Of a DNA stretch of 64,000 bases, positions 10,316 to 21,109 are shown piece by piece. Numbering within the stretch: the first letter of the stretch is position 1; each line of letters begins with the position of its first letter. This stretch comes from Hyphomicrobiaceae bacterium. Lineage in GTDB: Bacteria; Pseudomonadota; Alphaproteobacteria; Rhizobiales; Hyphomicrobiaceae. The stretch covers positions 211,525 to 275,524 of the forward strand of contig JAXMDB010000008.1 in assembly GCA_046348995.1 (NCBI GenBank), written 5' to 3'. Below the pieces are notes generated by a model. It was not told the DNA's origin, did not search any database, and saw nothing but the letters and a program-made list of their open reading frames with translations. A program made the translations under genes and the position numbers.

Positions 10316-11956
10316 ATGGCTGCGGCGTCGAGCTACGACTACGTCATCGTCGGCGCGGGCTCGGCTGGATGCGTGCTCGCTTCCAAGCTCAGCGCCGATC
10401 CCAAGAACCGCGTGCTCGTGCTCGAGGCAGGGCCCATGGATCGCAATCTGATGATCCACATCCCGGCGGGCGTTCATAAGGCGCACAAGGATCCGAGCAT
10501 CAACTGGAACTACATGACGGAGGCCGAGGCCGCGCTGTTCGACCGGCCGGTTCCCATGCCGCGCGGCAAGGTCGTCGGCGGCTCGTCGTCGATCAACTCC
10601 ATGGTCTACATGCGCGGTCAGCCGCAGGACTACGACCGCTGGGCGGACGAGCTCGGTTTGACCGCATGGCGCTACGCCAACTGCCTGCCGTACTTCAAGG
10701 CAGGCGAAACATGCGATCGGGGAGCCAGCGATTGGCGCGGCGGCTCGGGCCCACTCGGCGTCACCAAGGGTACGCTCGAATGCCCCCTATTCGACGCCTT
10801 TCTAGAGGCAGGCGAGCAGGCGGGCCAAGGCCGGACGGACGATCCGAACGGCTATCGGCCCGAAGGCGTCACCCGCTACGACGCGACGAAGCGCGACGGC
10901 CGCCGGTGCAGCGCGGCGGTCGCCCATCTGAAGCCGGCGCTGTCACGCCCGAACCTCACGCTCGTTACGGACGCGCTGGTCGAGAAGATCGCCGTCGACG
11001 GCAATCGTGCGACCGGCCTCACCTTTGTTCATCGCGGCCAGCGCCAGAAAGTCGAGGCCGAGCGCGAGGTGATCCTGTCGGGCGGCGCGATCAACTCGCC
11101 GCAGTTGCTCATGCTCTCAGGGATCGGCCCGGCCGATCATCTGCGCGCGCTCGGCATCACGGTGCGGCACGATTTGCAAGGCGTCGGCCGCAATCTGTCC
11201 GATCACGGCTCGATCGTCGTGCAGTGCCGATCGACGAAGGCTTTCCCGATCCACACCGTCGACCGGCCGCTCAAGAAAGCGCTCGCCGGCATGCAATGGA
11301 TGCTGAGCCGCACCGGCATTGCCGCGTCCAACATCTGGGAGGCGGGTGGGCTCATCCGCGGCAACGACGAGGCGGACTATCCGAACTTGCAATATCACTT
11401 TGGCCCGGTCGGTTTCGAGTACGAGGGCGAGAAGATCAAGCTGCGTCAGGCCTTCGCACTGCACATCGACCAGCTTCGCCCGAAAAGTCGCGGCCGCATT
11501 ACGCTCAAGTCGGCCGATCCGGCCACCAAGCCGATCATGCATTTCAACTATCTCTCCGATCCACATGACGTGAAGGAGATGGTCGAGGGCATTCACAAGG
11601 CCCGCGAGCTGATCGCGCAGCGGGCCTTCGACGGCTTCCGCGGTGTCGAGATCGATCCCGGTCCCGATGTCAAGACGGACAAGGACATCGAGCGCGCGGT
11701 CCGCAACATGACGACGACCGACTTCCACCCGTGCAGCACCTGCCGGATGGGAACCGATGCCGGCGCGGTCGTCGATCCGGAGCTGCGTGTCCACGGCATT
11801 GAGGGCTTACGCGTCGTCGACGCCTCCGTCATGCCGCAGATCATCAGCGCGAACCTGAACGCGCCGACCCAGATGATCGCATCGCGCGCCGCCGACTATA
11901 TCCTCGGCAAGCCGCAACTGCCGCCGTTCGAAGCGAAGTTCGCATTCCAAATCTAG
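10316..11956 (+). CDS. GMC family FAD-dependent oxidoreductase (choline/alcohol dehydrogenase-like)
   Basis: N-terminal YDYVIVGAGSAGCVLA FAD-binding fold, GMC signature regions and C-terminal active-site His/Asn region (HPCSTCRMG). 546 aa. Confidence 0.85.
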   Translation: MAAASSYDYVIVGAGSAGCVLASKLSADPKNRVLVLEAGPMDRNLMIHIPAGVHKAHKDPSINWNYMTEAEAALFDRPVPMPRGKVVGGSSSINSMVYMRGQPQDYDRWADELGLTAWRYANCLPYFKAGETCDRGASDWRGGSGPLGVTKGTLECPLFDAFLEAGEQAGQGRTDDPNGYRPEGVTRYDATKRDGRRCSAAVAHLKPALSRPNLTLVTDALVEKIAVDGNRATGLTFVHRGQRQKVEAEREVILSGGAINSPQLLMLSGIGPADHLRALGITVRHDLQGVGRNLSDHGSIVVQCRSTKAFPIHTVDRPLKKALAGMQWMLSRTGIAASNIWEAGGLIRGNDEADYPNLQYHFGPVGFEYEGEKIKLRQAFALHIDQLRPKSRGRITLKSADPATKPIMHFNYLSDPHDVKEMVEGIHKARELIAQRAFDGFRGVEIDPGPDVKTDKDIERAVRNMTTTDFHPCSTCRMGTDAGAVVDPELRVHGIEGLRVVDASVMPQIISANLNAPTQMIASRAADYILGKPQLPPFEAKFAFQI

Positions 11957-12396
11957 ATCAGCCCCACCCGCGACAGCACGAGCTTCCGCCCAGGCCCGTG
12001 CGCGGCCGCAAACAGCAGCCCGGCCATGAACGTGAAGTGGTCGATGAACGAGCCGAACTCGGCTTGATTCGTCTGCCAGTGACTCGGGCCGTGGAAGGCG
12101 AAGGCGAGGAAGACGACGTAGACCGCCGCAATGATCGACGCCTCGCTGAAAAAAGCTCCCGTCAGGAAGGCGATCACGAGAGCGATCTCGAGCACCGCAG
12201 CGAGCCAGGCGAGCACGAGGGGAATGGGAAAGCCTGCCGCCGCGATATAGCTTGCCGTCTCGTTGATGCCGATGAGCTTGAACGTCACCGCCATCAGGAA
12301 CAGGCCCGCGAACACGAGCCGGGCGACGATGATCGCCACATCCCGCCACGACCACGCTGACGTTCCAAGTGTCTCGACGACCATGGCGCTCTCCAT
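11953..12396 (-). CDS. DoxX family membrane protein
   Basis: Four hydrophobic helices, about 147 aa from the internal ATG at 12396 (MESAMVVETLG). The ORF track extends to 12447. Confidence 0.65.
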   Translation of the reverse strand: MESAMVVETLGTSAWSWRDVAIIVARLVFAGLFLMAVTFKLIGINETASYIAAAGFPIPLVLAWLAAVLEIALVIAFLTGAFFSEASIIAAVYVVFLAFAFHGPSHWQTNQAEFGSFIDHFTFMAGLLFAAAHGPGRKLVLSRVGLI

Positions 12397-12460
12397 TCCG
12401 GCGGTTTGTGTATTCCAAGGACGGTGGGCCTCGAGCCATCCCGACACCGCCTCCTCGAAT

Positions 12461-13393
12461 TTACGCGGCTGGCTCGCTGTTAGAGCTGCGGACCCGTAAC
12501 CGCCGCTCTCGGTGGAACGTGTAGAGACCGGCTGCCGCCACGATCATCACGCCGAGGACGGTCCAGCGGTCCGGCACCTCGCCCCAGATGGCGTAACCGG
12601 TGCCGATGGCGAACAGGACTACCGAATAGCGGAAGGGAGCCACCGCCGAGATCTCACCGGTGCGCAGCGCGATGGTGCTGGTAAAATAGCCCATGACGAG
12701 GAATACGGCCGCGCCGAGGAGATGCATGAGGCCCGCCTGATCGGGCGCCCTCCAAGGCTCGAACAGCGACAGGCCGAGCCCGAACACCGTCACCGATACG
12801 GACGACAGAGTCGCCAGCAGCAGCGTCGGAATGCCCGTCGTGATCTGGCGCGTGCCCAAATCCCTCACCACCACGCAGAGCACCGAGCCGAAGAGAGGCA
12901 GCGAATACCAGCTGAAGGCGCCGGTGCCGGGGCGGATGATCATGACCACGCCGATGAGGCCGATCATGGCGGCGAGCCATCGCCGCCAGCCGACCCGCTC
13001 GCGCAAGAAAACTGCCGAAGCCGCGGTGACCGCAAGCGGCGTGAACTGCAGGACGGAGTTGGCCTCAGCGAACGGCATGTTCATGAGGCCAAGCAGGAAC
13101 AGGCCCGTCGCCGAGGTTTCACCAAGCACGCGCATCAGCACCGGGACCTGGATCAGTTGCGGCACGTAGCGCAGCACCCCGAACCAGAGCGCGAGCGGCG
13201 CCAGGATCAGAAACGCGAAGAGGCCCCGGATGGTGATGATCTGCGCGATCGGCAGGCTAGGCCCGACGAGCTTCACGAATGCGTCGTTGAAGCAGAAGCA
13301 GCCCATGGCCGCAGTCATCGTCACCATGCCCAAGACGTTGCCGGAGAGGCGGCGCGACTCGGTCGAGGTCGTGCCGGACGCCGGCGAGGTCAC
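12461..13393 (-). CDS. DMT superfamily transporter (EamA-like, 10 TM)
   Basis: Two EamA-like repeats of hydrophobic helices. 310 aa. Confidence 0.8.
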   Translation of the reverse strand: MTSPASGTTSTESRRLSGNVLGMVTMTAAMGCFCFNDAFVKLVGPSLPIAQIITIRGLFAFLILAPLALWFGVLRYVPQLIQVPVLMRVLGETSATGLFLLGLMNMPFAEANSVLQFTPLAVTAASAVFLRERVGWRRWLAAMIGLIGVVMIIRPGTGAFSWYSLPLFGSVLCVVVRDLGTRQITTGIPTLLLATLSSVSVTVFGLGLSLFEPWRAPDQAGLMHLLGAAVFLVMGYFTSTIALRTGEISAVAPFRYSVVLFAIGTGYAIWGEVPDRWTVLGVMIVAAAGLYTFHRERRLRVRSSNSEPAA

Positions 13394-13422
13394 GTCGCTA
13401 TCCCCCTCAGAAGTGCGGCAGC

Positions 13423-14442
13423 CTAGCCGCCCGTCACCGACATATGCCGGCCGACGGCAGGACGCGCGCTGCGGCGGTCGATGACGAAGTCGTGGCCCTT
13501 CGGCTTACGGGATATGGCTTCCGTGATGGTGGCGTGAAGCGCATCGTCGGAAACGTTGGCGCGGAGCGGCGCCCGCAGGTCGGCCGCATCCTCTTGGCCC
13601 AAGCACATGTAGAGCGTGCCCGTGCAGGTGAGCCGAACGCGATTGCAGCTTTCGCAGAAGTTGTGGGTCAACGGCGTGATGAAGCCGAGACGGCCGCCGG
13701 TCTCCTTCACCTGCACATAGCGGGCGGGCCCGCCGGTCTTGTAGGGAATGTCTTGAAGGGTGAAGCGATCCATCAGCCGCGCGCGCACGATCGAGAGCGG
13801 CAGATACTGATCCGTCCGGTCGTCCTCGATCTCGCCCAAGGGCATCGTCTCGATCAGCGTCAGGTCCATGCCCTGGCCGTGCGCCCAGGTCAGCATGTCC
13901 GCGATCTCGTCCTCGTTGACGCCCTTGAGCGCCACCGCGTTGATCTTGATCGCGAGCCCGGCCTTCTGCGCGGCTTTCAGCCCAGCCTCGACCTTGGTGA
14001 AATCGCCCCAACGCGTGATCGCTTGGAATTTTGCCGGGTCGAGCGTGTCGATCGAAACGTTAATGCGCTTGATGCCAATGGCGGCAAGCTCGTCGGCATA
14101 GCGCGCGAGCTGGCTGCCGTTGGTCGTCAGCGTCAGCTCGTCCAGCGCGCCGGTGCCGAGATGGCGCGAGAGCTGCCGGAGCAGCCATAGGATGTTCTTC
14201 CGCACCAGCGGCTCGCCACCGGTGATGCGAAGCTTCTTGACGCCCCGATCGACGAACGCCGAGCAGAGCCGATCGAGCTCTTCCAGCGTCAGAAGCTCGG
14301 CCTTCGGCAGGAACGTCATGTGCTCGGACATGCAATAGACGCAGCGGAAATCGCAGCGGTCGGTGACCGAGACGCGCAGATAGGTCACATGCCGCCCGTA
14401 GGGGTCGATCATGGGGGTCGTTGTCGATGCGCTCATTGCCAT
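13423..14442 (-). CDS. moaA: GTP 3',8-cyclase MoaA (molybdenum cofactor biosynthesis, radical SAM)
   Basis: CDFRCVYC radical-SAM cluster motif, and a C-terminal second-cluster Cys triad ([18 protein letters not shown]). 339 aa. Confidence 0.9.
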   Translation of the reverse strand: MAMSASTTTPMIDPYGRHVTYLRVSVTDRCDFRCVYCMSEHMTFLPKAELLTLEELDRLCSAFVDRGVKKLRITGGEPLVRKNILWLLRQLSRHLGTGALDELTLTTNGSQLARYADELAAIGIKRINVSIDTLDPAKFQAITRWGDFTKVEAGLKAAQKAGLAIKINAVALKGVNEDEIADMLTWAHGQGMDLTLIETMPLGEIEDDRTDQYLPLSIVRARLMDRFTLQDIPYKTGGPARYVQVKETGGRLGFITPLTHNFCESCNRVRLTCTGTLYMCLGQEDAADLRAPLRANVSDDALHATITEAISRKPKGHDFVIDRRSARPAVGRHMSVTGG

Positions 14443-14602
14443 AGCTATCTCTGAGGGTCAGACCCGCCGGGTCTGACCCCAAATGCACCTCTCACCGCCT
14501 CGAGCGGCTTTTGAACCAGCGTATCAAATCAAGCCCGTTCAGGCCAGGACGCCAGCCCGTTCGTTAGATAGTCTCGAAAATTATGAAATGGAGCCCCGAC
14601 GC

Positions 14603-15133
14603 ATGGCCAAGCTCGTGTTCGCAATGAACGTGTCACTCGACGGCTATGTCGACCATGATGGGTTCGCCCCCGACGCTCAGCTGTTCCGCCATTGGATCGA
14701 GCAGGTGCGCGGCCTGACCGGCAGCCTGTACGGGCGTCGCCTCTACGAGATCATGCGCTACTGGGACGAGGATCAGCCGGGATGGACCTCGGAGGAGCGC
14801 GATTTCGCGACCGCATGGCGCAAGCATCCGAAGTGGGTCGCATCGCAATCGCTGACGTCGGTCGGGCCCAATGCCACGCTCGTGCCTGGCGACGTCGCGG
14901 CTTTCACCGCCGACCTGAAGACTCGTCTCGACGGCGAGATCGCCGTCGGAGGACCGGTCCTCGCGCAAGCCCTCACCGAGCTCAGCCTGATCGACGAGTA
15001 CCGGCTCTACTTCCACCCAGTCGTGCTCGGGAGCGGCAGACCCTTCTTCGCCGGCCCGCGACCGCCGCTCCGGCTGGTGGCAAACGATCACTTCAGCGGG
15101 GACGTCATCAGACTGACCTACGTGCCGGCCTGA
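14603..15133 (+). CDS. Dihydrofolate reductase family protein (RibD C-terminal domain-like)
   Basis: ATG at 14603 (MAKLVFAMNVSLDGY...), the typical start of YwjB/RibD_C-like reductases. The ORF track start at 14483 is an upstream extension. Confidence 0.7.
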   Translation: MAKLVFAMNVSLDGYVDHDGFAPDAQLFRHWIEQVRGLTGSLYGRRLYEIMRYWDEDQPGWTSEERDFATAWRKHPKWVASQSLTSVGPNATLVPGDVAAFTADLKTRLDGEIAVGGPVLAQALTELSLIDEYRLYFHPVVLGSGRPFFAGPRPPLRLVANDHFSGDVIRLTYVPA

Positions 15134-15294
15134 GGCCTCCCATGACGGGCGCATCCCGTGTGCGCAGCCGGTCGCGGCGCCACATGCCGAGGCAGGCATT
15201 CACCGTTGCTTTACCAAGCTCAGTGAGCGGGTCTTCAGGTCCGTACGCTACCATCTCGTATGGTGAGTCTCGAGGGATAAGGAAGCTGCTGGTC

Positions 15295-15861
15295 ATGGCG
15301 ATCACTGAAATGCTCGCACTGGGCGCCGTCGTCGTCGGCGGTCTCATCGTGATGTCGATCTACAATCGCTTGGTCGCGCTGAACCTGCGCTGCACCCAAG
15401 CCTCGTCGGACATCGACGTTCAGTTGAAGCAGCGCCACGATCTGATCCCAAACCTGGTCGAGACCGTGAAGGCCTACGCTGGGCACGAGCGCGGCACGCT
15501 CGAGGCGGTCATGAAGGCGCGCAACGCCGTCGTTGCTGCGCCTACGGCAGCACAAGCAGCCCAGGCCGAAAAGACTCTGGGTGCCGCCATCGGCCGCCTG
15601 ATGATGGTCGCCGAGGCCTATCCAGACCTGAAAGCCTCGACCAACTTCTCGGAGCTGCAGGCCGAGCTTTCCGACATCGAGAACAAAATCGCCGCCGCAC
15701 GCCGCTACCTCAACAGCGCAGCCAACGAGTACAACACGAGCCGCGCGCAATTTCCCTCCAACATCGTCGCGGGATTGTTCGGCTTTGTCGCTCGTGAGGT
15801 CGAGGTGGTGGCGAAGGAGCACCGGGCACAGGTGGAAGCGGCTCCCGCGGTGCGGTTCTGA
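15295..15861 (+). CDS. LemA family protein
   Basis: ATG at 15295 preceded by AAGGAAG. An N-terminal TM helix is followed by the conserved LemA region (YNRLVALNLRCTQASSDIDVQLKQRHDLIPNLVETVK...). The ORF track start at 14692 is an upstream extension. Confidence 0.85.
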   Translation: MAITEMLALGAVVVGGLIVMSIYNRLVALNLRCTQASSDIDVQLKQRHDLIPNLVETVKAYAGHERGTLEAVMKARNAVVAAPTAAQAAQAEKTLGAAIGRLMMVAEAYPDLKASTNFSELQAELSDIENKIAAARRYLNSAANEYNTSRAQFPSNIVAGLFGFVAREVEVVAKEHRAQVEAAPAVRF

Positions 15862-15914
15862 AAACGCTTGCAATGTCGATCAATATGAGCTGACCCGAGC
15901 GAAAAGGAGCACCG

Positions 15915-17069
15915 ATGTTCGCGGTCAACGGCCTCTACGGTCATGTCCAACGCAACGCCATGAAGTCGGTGCTGTTGATCGCAGGCTTCGTCGGACTGGT
16001 CGCACTGTTCTGGCTCGCGTGGTGCCTGATCGTCGTCGGCGTCTCGGAGTGGATCTCGCCTCGTCACGCGACCGCTGATATGCCGACGAGCGTGGCCGTC
16101 ACGAGTCTTCTTTCGTTAGCACTCGAAAATGCGATCTCACGCTGGTGGTTGCCGGTATTGTCCTCCGGCATCTGGTTCGTCGTCGCTTGGTTCTGGCATA
16201 AGCGCCTCATCCGTACGGCGACGGGAGCCCGCCACGTGTCGCGTCGCGAAGCCTCGCGCCTCTACAATATCGTCGAGAATCTCTCGATCGCCGCCGGCCT
16301 GCCGATGCCCCGCGTCGAGATCATGGCGAGTGCATCACTCAACGCCTACGCCGCTGGCCTCACTCCATCCGATAGCGTTGTCGCGGTTACGCAGGGTCTG
16401 CTCGATACGCTCGACGACGACGAGCTCGAGGCGGTGATCGCCCACGAGATCACCCACATCAAGAACCGTGATGCGCAGCTGATGGTCGTGGCCGCGATAT
16501 TCGTCGGCGGCCTCACCTCGGCAGGCGACCTGGCCAGTCGTATGCTCGCTGGCAGCGGCGACCATGTCTCACTGCCGCGCGCGTCGCGGAGGTTCGGCCT
16601 TCGCAGTGGCGGGAAAAACGACGGGCGCGCTGTCGTTGCGATCCTGATCGTCATCGCGCTCGCGATGGTGCTGCTCGCGGCAACCCATCTTTTCGCTCAG
16701 ATGGCACGTTTCGCTATCTCTCGCTCGCGCGAATACATGGCGGACGCCGGCGCCGTCGAGCTGACCAAAAACCCGGATTCCCTGATCTCGGCGCTGATGA
16801 AAATCTCGGGTCACGATAAGATCGAGGGGCTTCCGGCGACCATGCAGGCGATGATGATCTCGTTCGACGCTGATCACCTCTTCGCCACCCATCCGCCGAT
16901 CACCGAGCGCATTGACGCGTTGCAGAAGCACGCGGGAGGGAAAGTCGTGACCCGGCGCTCGCGTATGCGGTCTTCGGGACGGGCGTCCACGTCAGACATG
17001 GCAGACGGGCTGCTTGAGGCGAAAGCCGGATTTGTGGGCGCTCGGCCTGTCTTCGGCCGGCGAGTGTGA
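15915..17069 (+). CDS. M48 family zinc metallopeptidase (HtpX-like), membrane
   Basis: HEXXH zinc motif (HEITHIKNRD) and a downstream glutamate in a hydrophobic context. It has several TM helices and sits immediately downstream of LemA, a conserved pairing. Confidence 0.8.
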   Translation: MFAVNGLYGHVQRNAMKSVLLIAGFVGLVALFWLAWCLIVVGVSEWISPRHATADMPTSVAVTSLLSLALENAISRWWLPVLSSGIWFVVAWFWHKRLIRTATGARHVSRREASRLYNIVENLSIAAGLPMPRVEIMASASLNAYAAGLTPSDSVVAVTQGLLDTLDDDELEAVIAHEITHIKNRDAQLMVVAAIFVGGLTSAGDLASRMLAGSGDHVSLPRASRRFGLRSGGKNDGRAVVAILIVIALAMVLLAATHLFAQMARFAISRSREYMADAGAVELTKNPDSLISALMKISGHDKIEGLPATMQAMMISFDADHLFATHPPITERIDALQKHAGGKVVTRRSRMRSSGRASTSDMADGLLEAKAGFVGARPVFGRRV

Positions 17070-17098
17070 CGTAAGCCGTGCGACGGCGCCGGCCACCC

Positions 17099-17872
17099 TC
17101 ACCGCCCCGCCATTCCCTCGACCGTCGCCAGCAGCAGTGCGATGTCCTCCGGCCGCGAGAGCCGGTGATCGCCATCCTTGACGAGGGTGAGGCGGACGTT
17201 GCCGCCGCCGATGAGGTCGAGGAGGCGTAAAGACCCCTGCCAGGGCACGTCCGGGTCCTGCATGCCTTGGAGGATTTGCACCGGCGCCCCGACCTTCAGC
17301 CCCGTCTCGCCAATGAGGTGCTCGCGGCCTTCCTCGATGAGACGCCGGGTGATCGGATAGCCTTGCTCCGAATAGGCCGAGGGCTCGTACCAGATGCCCT
17401 TGTCCATGACCTCGCGCCGCTGCGCGAAGGTCATCTCGCCCCACATCAACCGCTCGGTCATGTCCCAGGCGGGCGCGATGAGGATCATGCCGGCGAGACG
17501 GCCTTCGAGTTGCCTATCCCGCGCGAGCAGCAGGCTGATCCAGCCGCCCATGCTGGAGCCGATGAGGATCAAGGGGCCCGCGGTCAGCTGCAGGATCGCC
17601 TGCCGGGCATCGTCGAGCCACAGCCCTATCGACCCGTCCTCGACGTGGCCGCTGGAACGCCCATGCCCCGAATAGTCGAGCCGCAGCAGCGCCTGCTCGC
17701 GCCCGCGCGCCCAATCGGCGAGCGCCGACGCCTTCGTCGAGGCCATGTCCGAGAGGAAGCCTTGTAGCCAGACGACCGTCGGGCCGCGGCCTCTCGCCTC
17801 CAGATAGGCGATCTTGCGGCGGCCATGGACCGCATCGTCAAGCTCCAAGAAGCGTGGTTGCTCGTTCGCCAT
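17099..17872 (-). CDS. Alpha/beta hydrolase fold protein
   Basis: GSSMGG nucleophile elbow (GXSXG). About 257 aa from MANEQPRF. Confidence 0.75.
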   Translation of the reverse strand: MANEQPRFLELDDAVHGRRKIAYLEARGRGPTVVWLQGFLSDMASTKASALADWARGREQALLRLDYSGHGRSSGHVEDGSIGLWLDDARQAILQLTAGPLILIGSSMGGWISLLLARDRQLEGRLAGMILIAPAWDMTERLMWGEMTFAQRREVMDKGIWYEPSAYSEQGYPITRRLIEEGREHLIGETGLKVGAPVQILQGMQDPDVPWQGSLRLLDLIGGGNVRLTLVKDGDHRLSRPEDIALLLATVEGMAGR

Positions 17873-17910
17873 TCCCTTGAGTCCTTTTCGCACCAGCTTA
17901 AGGAGCGCCC

Positions 17911-19110
17911 GTGCCGCGCCCGACCATACTCCAGATCATCCCCAAGCTCGACACCGGCGGCGCCGAGATCTCGACGCTCGAGATCGTCGATGCGCTGGTG
18001 AAATGCGGTGCCACGGCCTTGGTTGCGACCGAGGGCGGACGGCTGATGGGCGAGGTCGAGAAGCTCGGTGGCGAGATCGTGCCGATGGCAGCGGCCACCA
18101 AGAACCCACTGACGATGTGGGCCAACTCGGGAAAGCTCGCCGCACTCATCCGGCAGCGATCTGTCGGGATCATTCATGCCCGCAGCCGCGCCCCGGCGTG
18201 GAGCGCGCTGATCGCGGCGCGGCGCACCGGCATTCCCTTCGTCACCACCTATCACGGGGCCTACGGTGGCACGTCGGGGCTGAAGAACGCCTACAATGGC
18301 GTCATGGCGCGGGGCGATGCGGTGATCGCGAACTCGGCCTATACGGCCAAGCTCATTACAGAGCGGCACGCGCCGCCCGCCGGCCGGGTGCGCATCATCC
18401 ACCGCGGCGTCGATCTTGCGAAGTTCGATCCCAAAGCGATCCCAGCGGATCGCTTGGCGGCGCTCAAGGCATCGTGGGGCGTGCCCGAGGGCCGGCCGAT
18501 CATCCTGCAGGCGGCCCGGCTCGCGAGCTGGAAGGGTCACCACACGGTCATCGAGGCTATCCATCTTCTGGCCCAGCGCGGTCAGCTCGGCGAGGCGGTC
18601 GTCGTCATGGCGGGCGATGCTCAAGGTCGCGACGGCTATCGGGAGGGGCTCATCGCCCGCATTCAAGACTACGGGCTCGAAAGCCGTATCCTGCTTCCCG
18701 GCCATTGCGCCGATATGCCTGGCGCCTTCGCCCTCGCCGATTTGGCCGTCGTCGCCTCGACCGAGCCCGAGGCCTTCGGGCGGGCGGTGACGGAAGCCTC
18801 CTCGATGGGCGCGCCGGTGATCGCGACCGACATCGGCGCGCCGCCGGAAACGGTTAAGATCGCCCCCGACGCGGAGCGAACCGGCTGGCTCGTCCCGCCC
18901 GGCAACGCCGAGGCTTTGGCCCAAGGCATAGCCACCGCATTTGCGCTCACCTCCGCGGACCGAGCGGCCTTGCGGGTGCGGGCGCGGGCCCATGTCGCCG
19001 CATCTTTCTCGGTCGAGCGGATGCAGGCGGCGACCATGACCGTTTACGATGAGCTGCTGGGCACCAGCCTCGCCCAAGCCTTCGCGGCCACCACACTCCA
19101 CCGCAATTAA
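17911..19110 (+). CDS. Glycosyltransferase family 4 (GT-B, group 1)
   Basis: N-terminal sugar-acceptor domain and C-terminal EX7E-like region (EPEAFGRAVTEASSMGAPVIATDIG). 399 aa. Confidence 0.8.
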   Translation: MPRPTILQIIPKLDTGGAEISTLEIVDALVKCGATALVATEGGRLMGEVEKLGGEIVPMAAATKNPLTMWANSGKLAALIRQRSVGIIHARSRAPAWSALIAARRTGIPFVTTYHGAYGGTSGLKNAYNGVMARGDAVIANSAYTAKLITERHAPPAGRVRIIHRGVDLAKFDPKAIPADRLAALKASWGVPEGRPIILQAARLASWKGHHTVIEAIHLLAQRGQLGEAVVVMAGDAQGRDGYREGLIARIQDYGLESRILLPGHCADMPGAFALADLAVVASTEPEAFGRAVTEASSMGAPVIATDIGAPPETVKIAPDAERTGWLVPPGNAEALAQGIATAFALTSADRAALRVRARAHVAASFSVERMQAATMTVYDELLGTSLAQAFAATTLHRN

Positions 19111-19225
19111 CGTCCGGTTCACCCCAAGAGCTTGACTTACCCGCGTTTCTTCGGAGATTTTGTACTGTCGGGTGCTAGAGTGGCTCCCGCCATAGAACCA
19201 ACGGCCAGACGAGGCGCGAGACGGG

Positions 19226-19816
19226 GTGAAAAACCCGCTGTCGCCTCCAACGGCAAGAGAGGAGATCGACCCCATACCCCGACGTCCAACGACAGGCACG
19301 CCCGAGCGTGCCACCGACGGCCCCCGCATCAACGGCGCGATCCGGGCCAGAGTCATTCAGCTGATCACCGAGAGCGGCGACAATCTCGGCCCGACCGATC
19401 GCGACGAAGCGATCCGCCGGGCGACGGAAGCCGGCCTCGATTTGGTCGAGATCGCGCCCAACAGCGATCCGCCCGTCTGCAAGATCCTCGACTTCGGCAA
19501 GTACAAATACCAAGCGCAGAAGAAGGCCGCCGAGGCGCGCAAGAAGCAGAAGGTCGTCGAGATCAAAGAGATCAAGATGCGGCCGAACATCGACGATCAC
19601 GACTACGGCGTGAAGGTGAAGGCGATCCACCGCTTCTTCGAGGAAGGTGACAAGGTCAAGATCACCCTGCGCTTCCGCGGTCGCGAGATGGCCCACACCG
19701 AGCTCGGCATGGATCTCATGCGGCGCGTCAAGGCCGACTTCGAGAATGTCGCCAAGATCGAATCCGAGCCGCGCTACGAAGGCCGGCAGATCGTCATGGT
19801 GATGGCGCCGCGCTGA
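19226..19816 (+). CDS. infC: Translation initiation factor IF-3
   Basis: Strong match to IF-3 N- and C-domains (VRLI-like [60 protein letters not shown]). The annotated GTG at 19226 is probably an upstream extension. See the finding on a non-AUG start near 19274. Confidence 0.9.
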   Translation: MKNPLSPPTAREEIDPIPRRPTTGTPERATDGPRINGAIRARVIQLITESGDNLGPTDRDEAIRRATEAGLDLVEIAPNSDPPVCKILDFGKYKYQAQKKAAEARKKQKVVEIKEIKMRPNIDDHDYGVKVKAIHRFFEEGDKVKITLRFRGREMAHTELGMDLMRRVKADFENVAKIESEPRYEGRQIVMVMAPR

Positions 19817-19932
19817 TCGCCTGCGGCTCCATCTCCGTCCAGACGGCGCATGGCGGGTGTGAGCCCGCCATGCTTGTTTCTGGGGGCTGAGCGGCTACGA
19901 CTGAGACGCCAACAGCGAAAGCCCTCGACGAC

Positions 19933-20901
19933 ATGAGCACGCTCACCGCCAGCGATGCCGGCGCCAGCCGCAATCTCGCCGGCATCGCCTATGTCATTGC
20001 CGGCATGGCAGCCTTCTCGCTACAGGACGTCATCATCAAGCTGCTGTCCGGCGGCTATGCCATCCACCAGATCGTGCTGATCCGCAGCCTCGTGTCGCTG
20101 CCGATCCTGCTGGTGCTTGCGGGCATGCAGGGCGGCTGGCGCGCTTTCGTCGGCAAGCGGCTCGGAATGCTGACGATCCGCGGCATGCTGCTCTACACCG
20201 CCTATACCTGCTACTACCTCGCCGTCGCGGCGCTGCCGATCGCCGACGCGCTGGCGATCACGTTCCTGTCGCCGCTGATCGTGACGGCGTTGGCCAAGCC
20301 GATGCTCGGCATCGACGTCGATGCCAAGCGCTGGCTCGCGATCTCGATCGGCTTCCTCGGCACCGTGATCATGCTGAGGCCCGGCTTCGGCATCTTCGAG
20401 CCGGCGGCGCTCTTCGCGGTCGGCTCGGCGAGCTGCTATGCGCTGGCCTCGACGATGACGCGGATGCTCGGTCCTGGCGTTTCGAGCGCCACCATGTCGC
20501 TCCACTCGATGTTGGTCTACATCGTCGCGGCGGGGCTTACGGGGCTGCTGATCGGCGACGGGCATCTGGCCGCGAGCACCCATCCGAGCCTCGCCTTCCT
20601 GCTCCGCGCCTGGACTTGGCCGACGCCCCACGACTGGGGTCTGATCCTGGCGACGGGAATTGTCGCGACGTTCGGCATGCTGTGTCTCGCGCAAGCCTAT
20701 CGCCTCGGCGAGCCGCCGATCGTCGCGCCGTTCGAATACACGGGTCTGATCTGGGCGCTGACCTCCGGCTATGTCATTTGGAGCCGCGTCCCCGATGCCA
20801 TCTCGGTCGCCGGCATGGTGATCATCATCGCCGCGGGTCTGTTCCTGGCGAGCCTCGAAAGGCTCCGCAGGCCGGGATCCCGTGGCGGTGGTCAGCCTTG
20901 A
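19933..20901 (+). CDS. DMT superfamily transporter (EamA-like)
   Basis: 10 hydrophobic helices in two EamA repeats. 322 aa. Confidence 0.8.
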   Translation: MSTLTASDAGASRNLAGIAYVIAGMAAFSLQDVIIKLLSGGYAIHQIVLIRSLVSLPILLVLAGMQGGWRAFVGKRLGMLTIRGMLLYTAYTCYYLAVAALPIADALAITFLSPLIVTALAKPMLGIDVDAKRWLAISIGFLGTVIMLRPGFGIFEPAALFAVGSASCYALASTMTRMLGPGVSSATMSLHSMLVYIVAAGLTGLLIGDGHLAASTHPSLAFLLRAWTWPTPHDWGLILATGIVATFGMLCLAQAYRLGEPPIVAPFEYTGLIWALTSGYVIWSRVPDAISVAGMVIIIAAGLFLASLERLRRPGSRGGGQP

Positions 20902-21109
20902 ACCCACGGGAAACGCGGCCTGCGGAGGACGGCTCCGGGCCGGTGAGAGCTCGGAAGCGACGAACCAGGCTGATCGGAGCAGCGGGTTCGTAACACCAAC
21001 CCTAAACACAGGAGCCTGACAGCGTCCTGACCGGAGCTGTCAGCATTTTCTCAGCTAAGACGGGTGTATAGTCCCCGGTTTAGCGCCCTTCGGGCCGGAG
21101 ATTGCGCGG

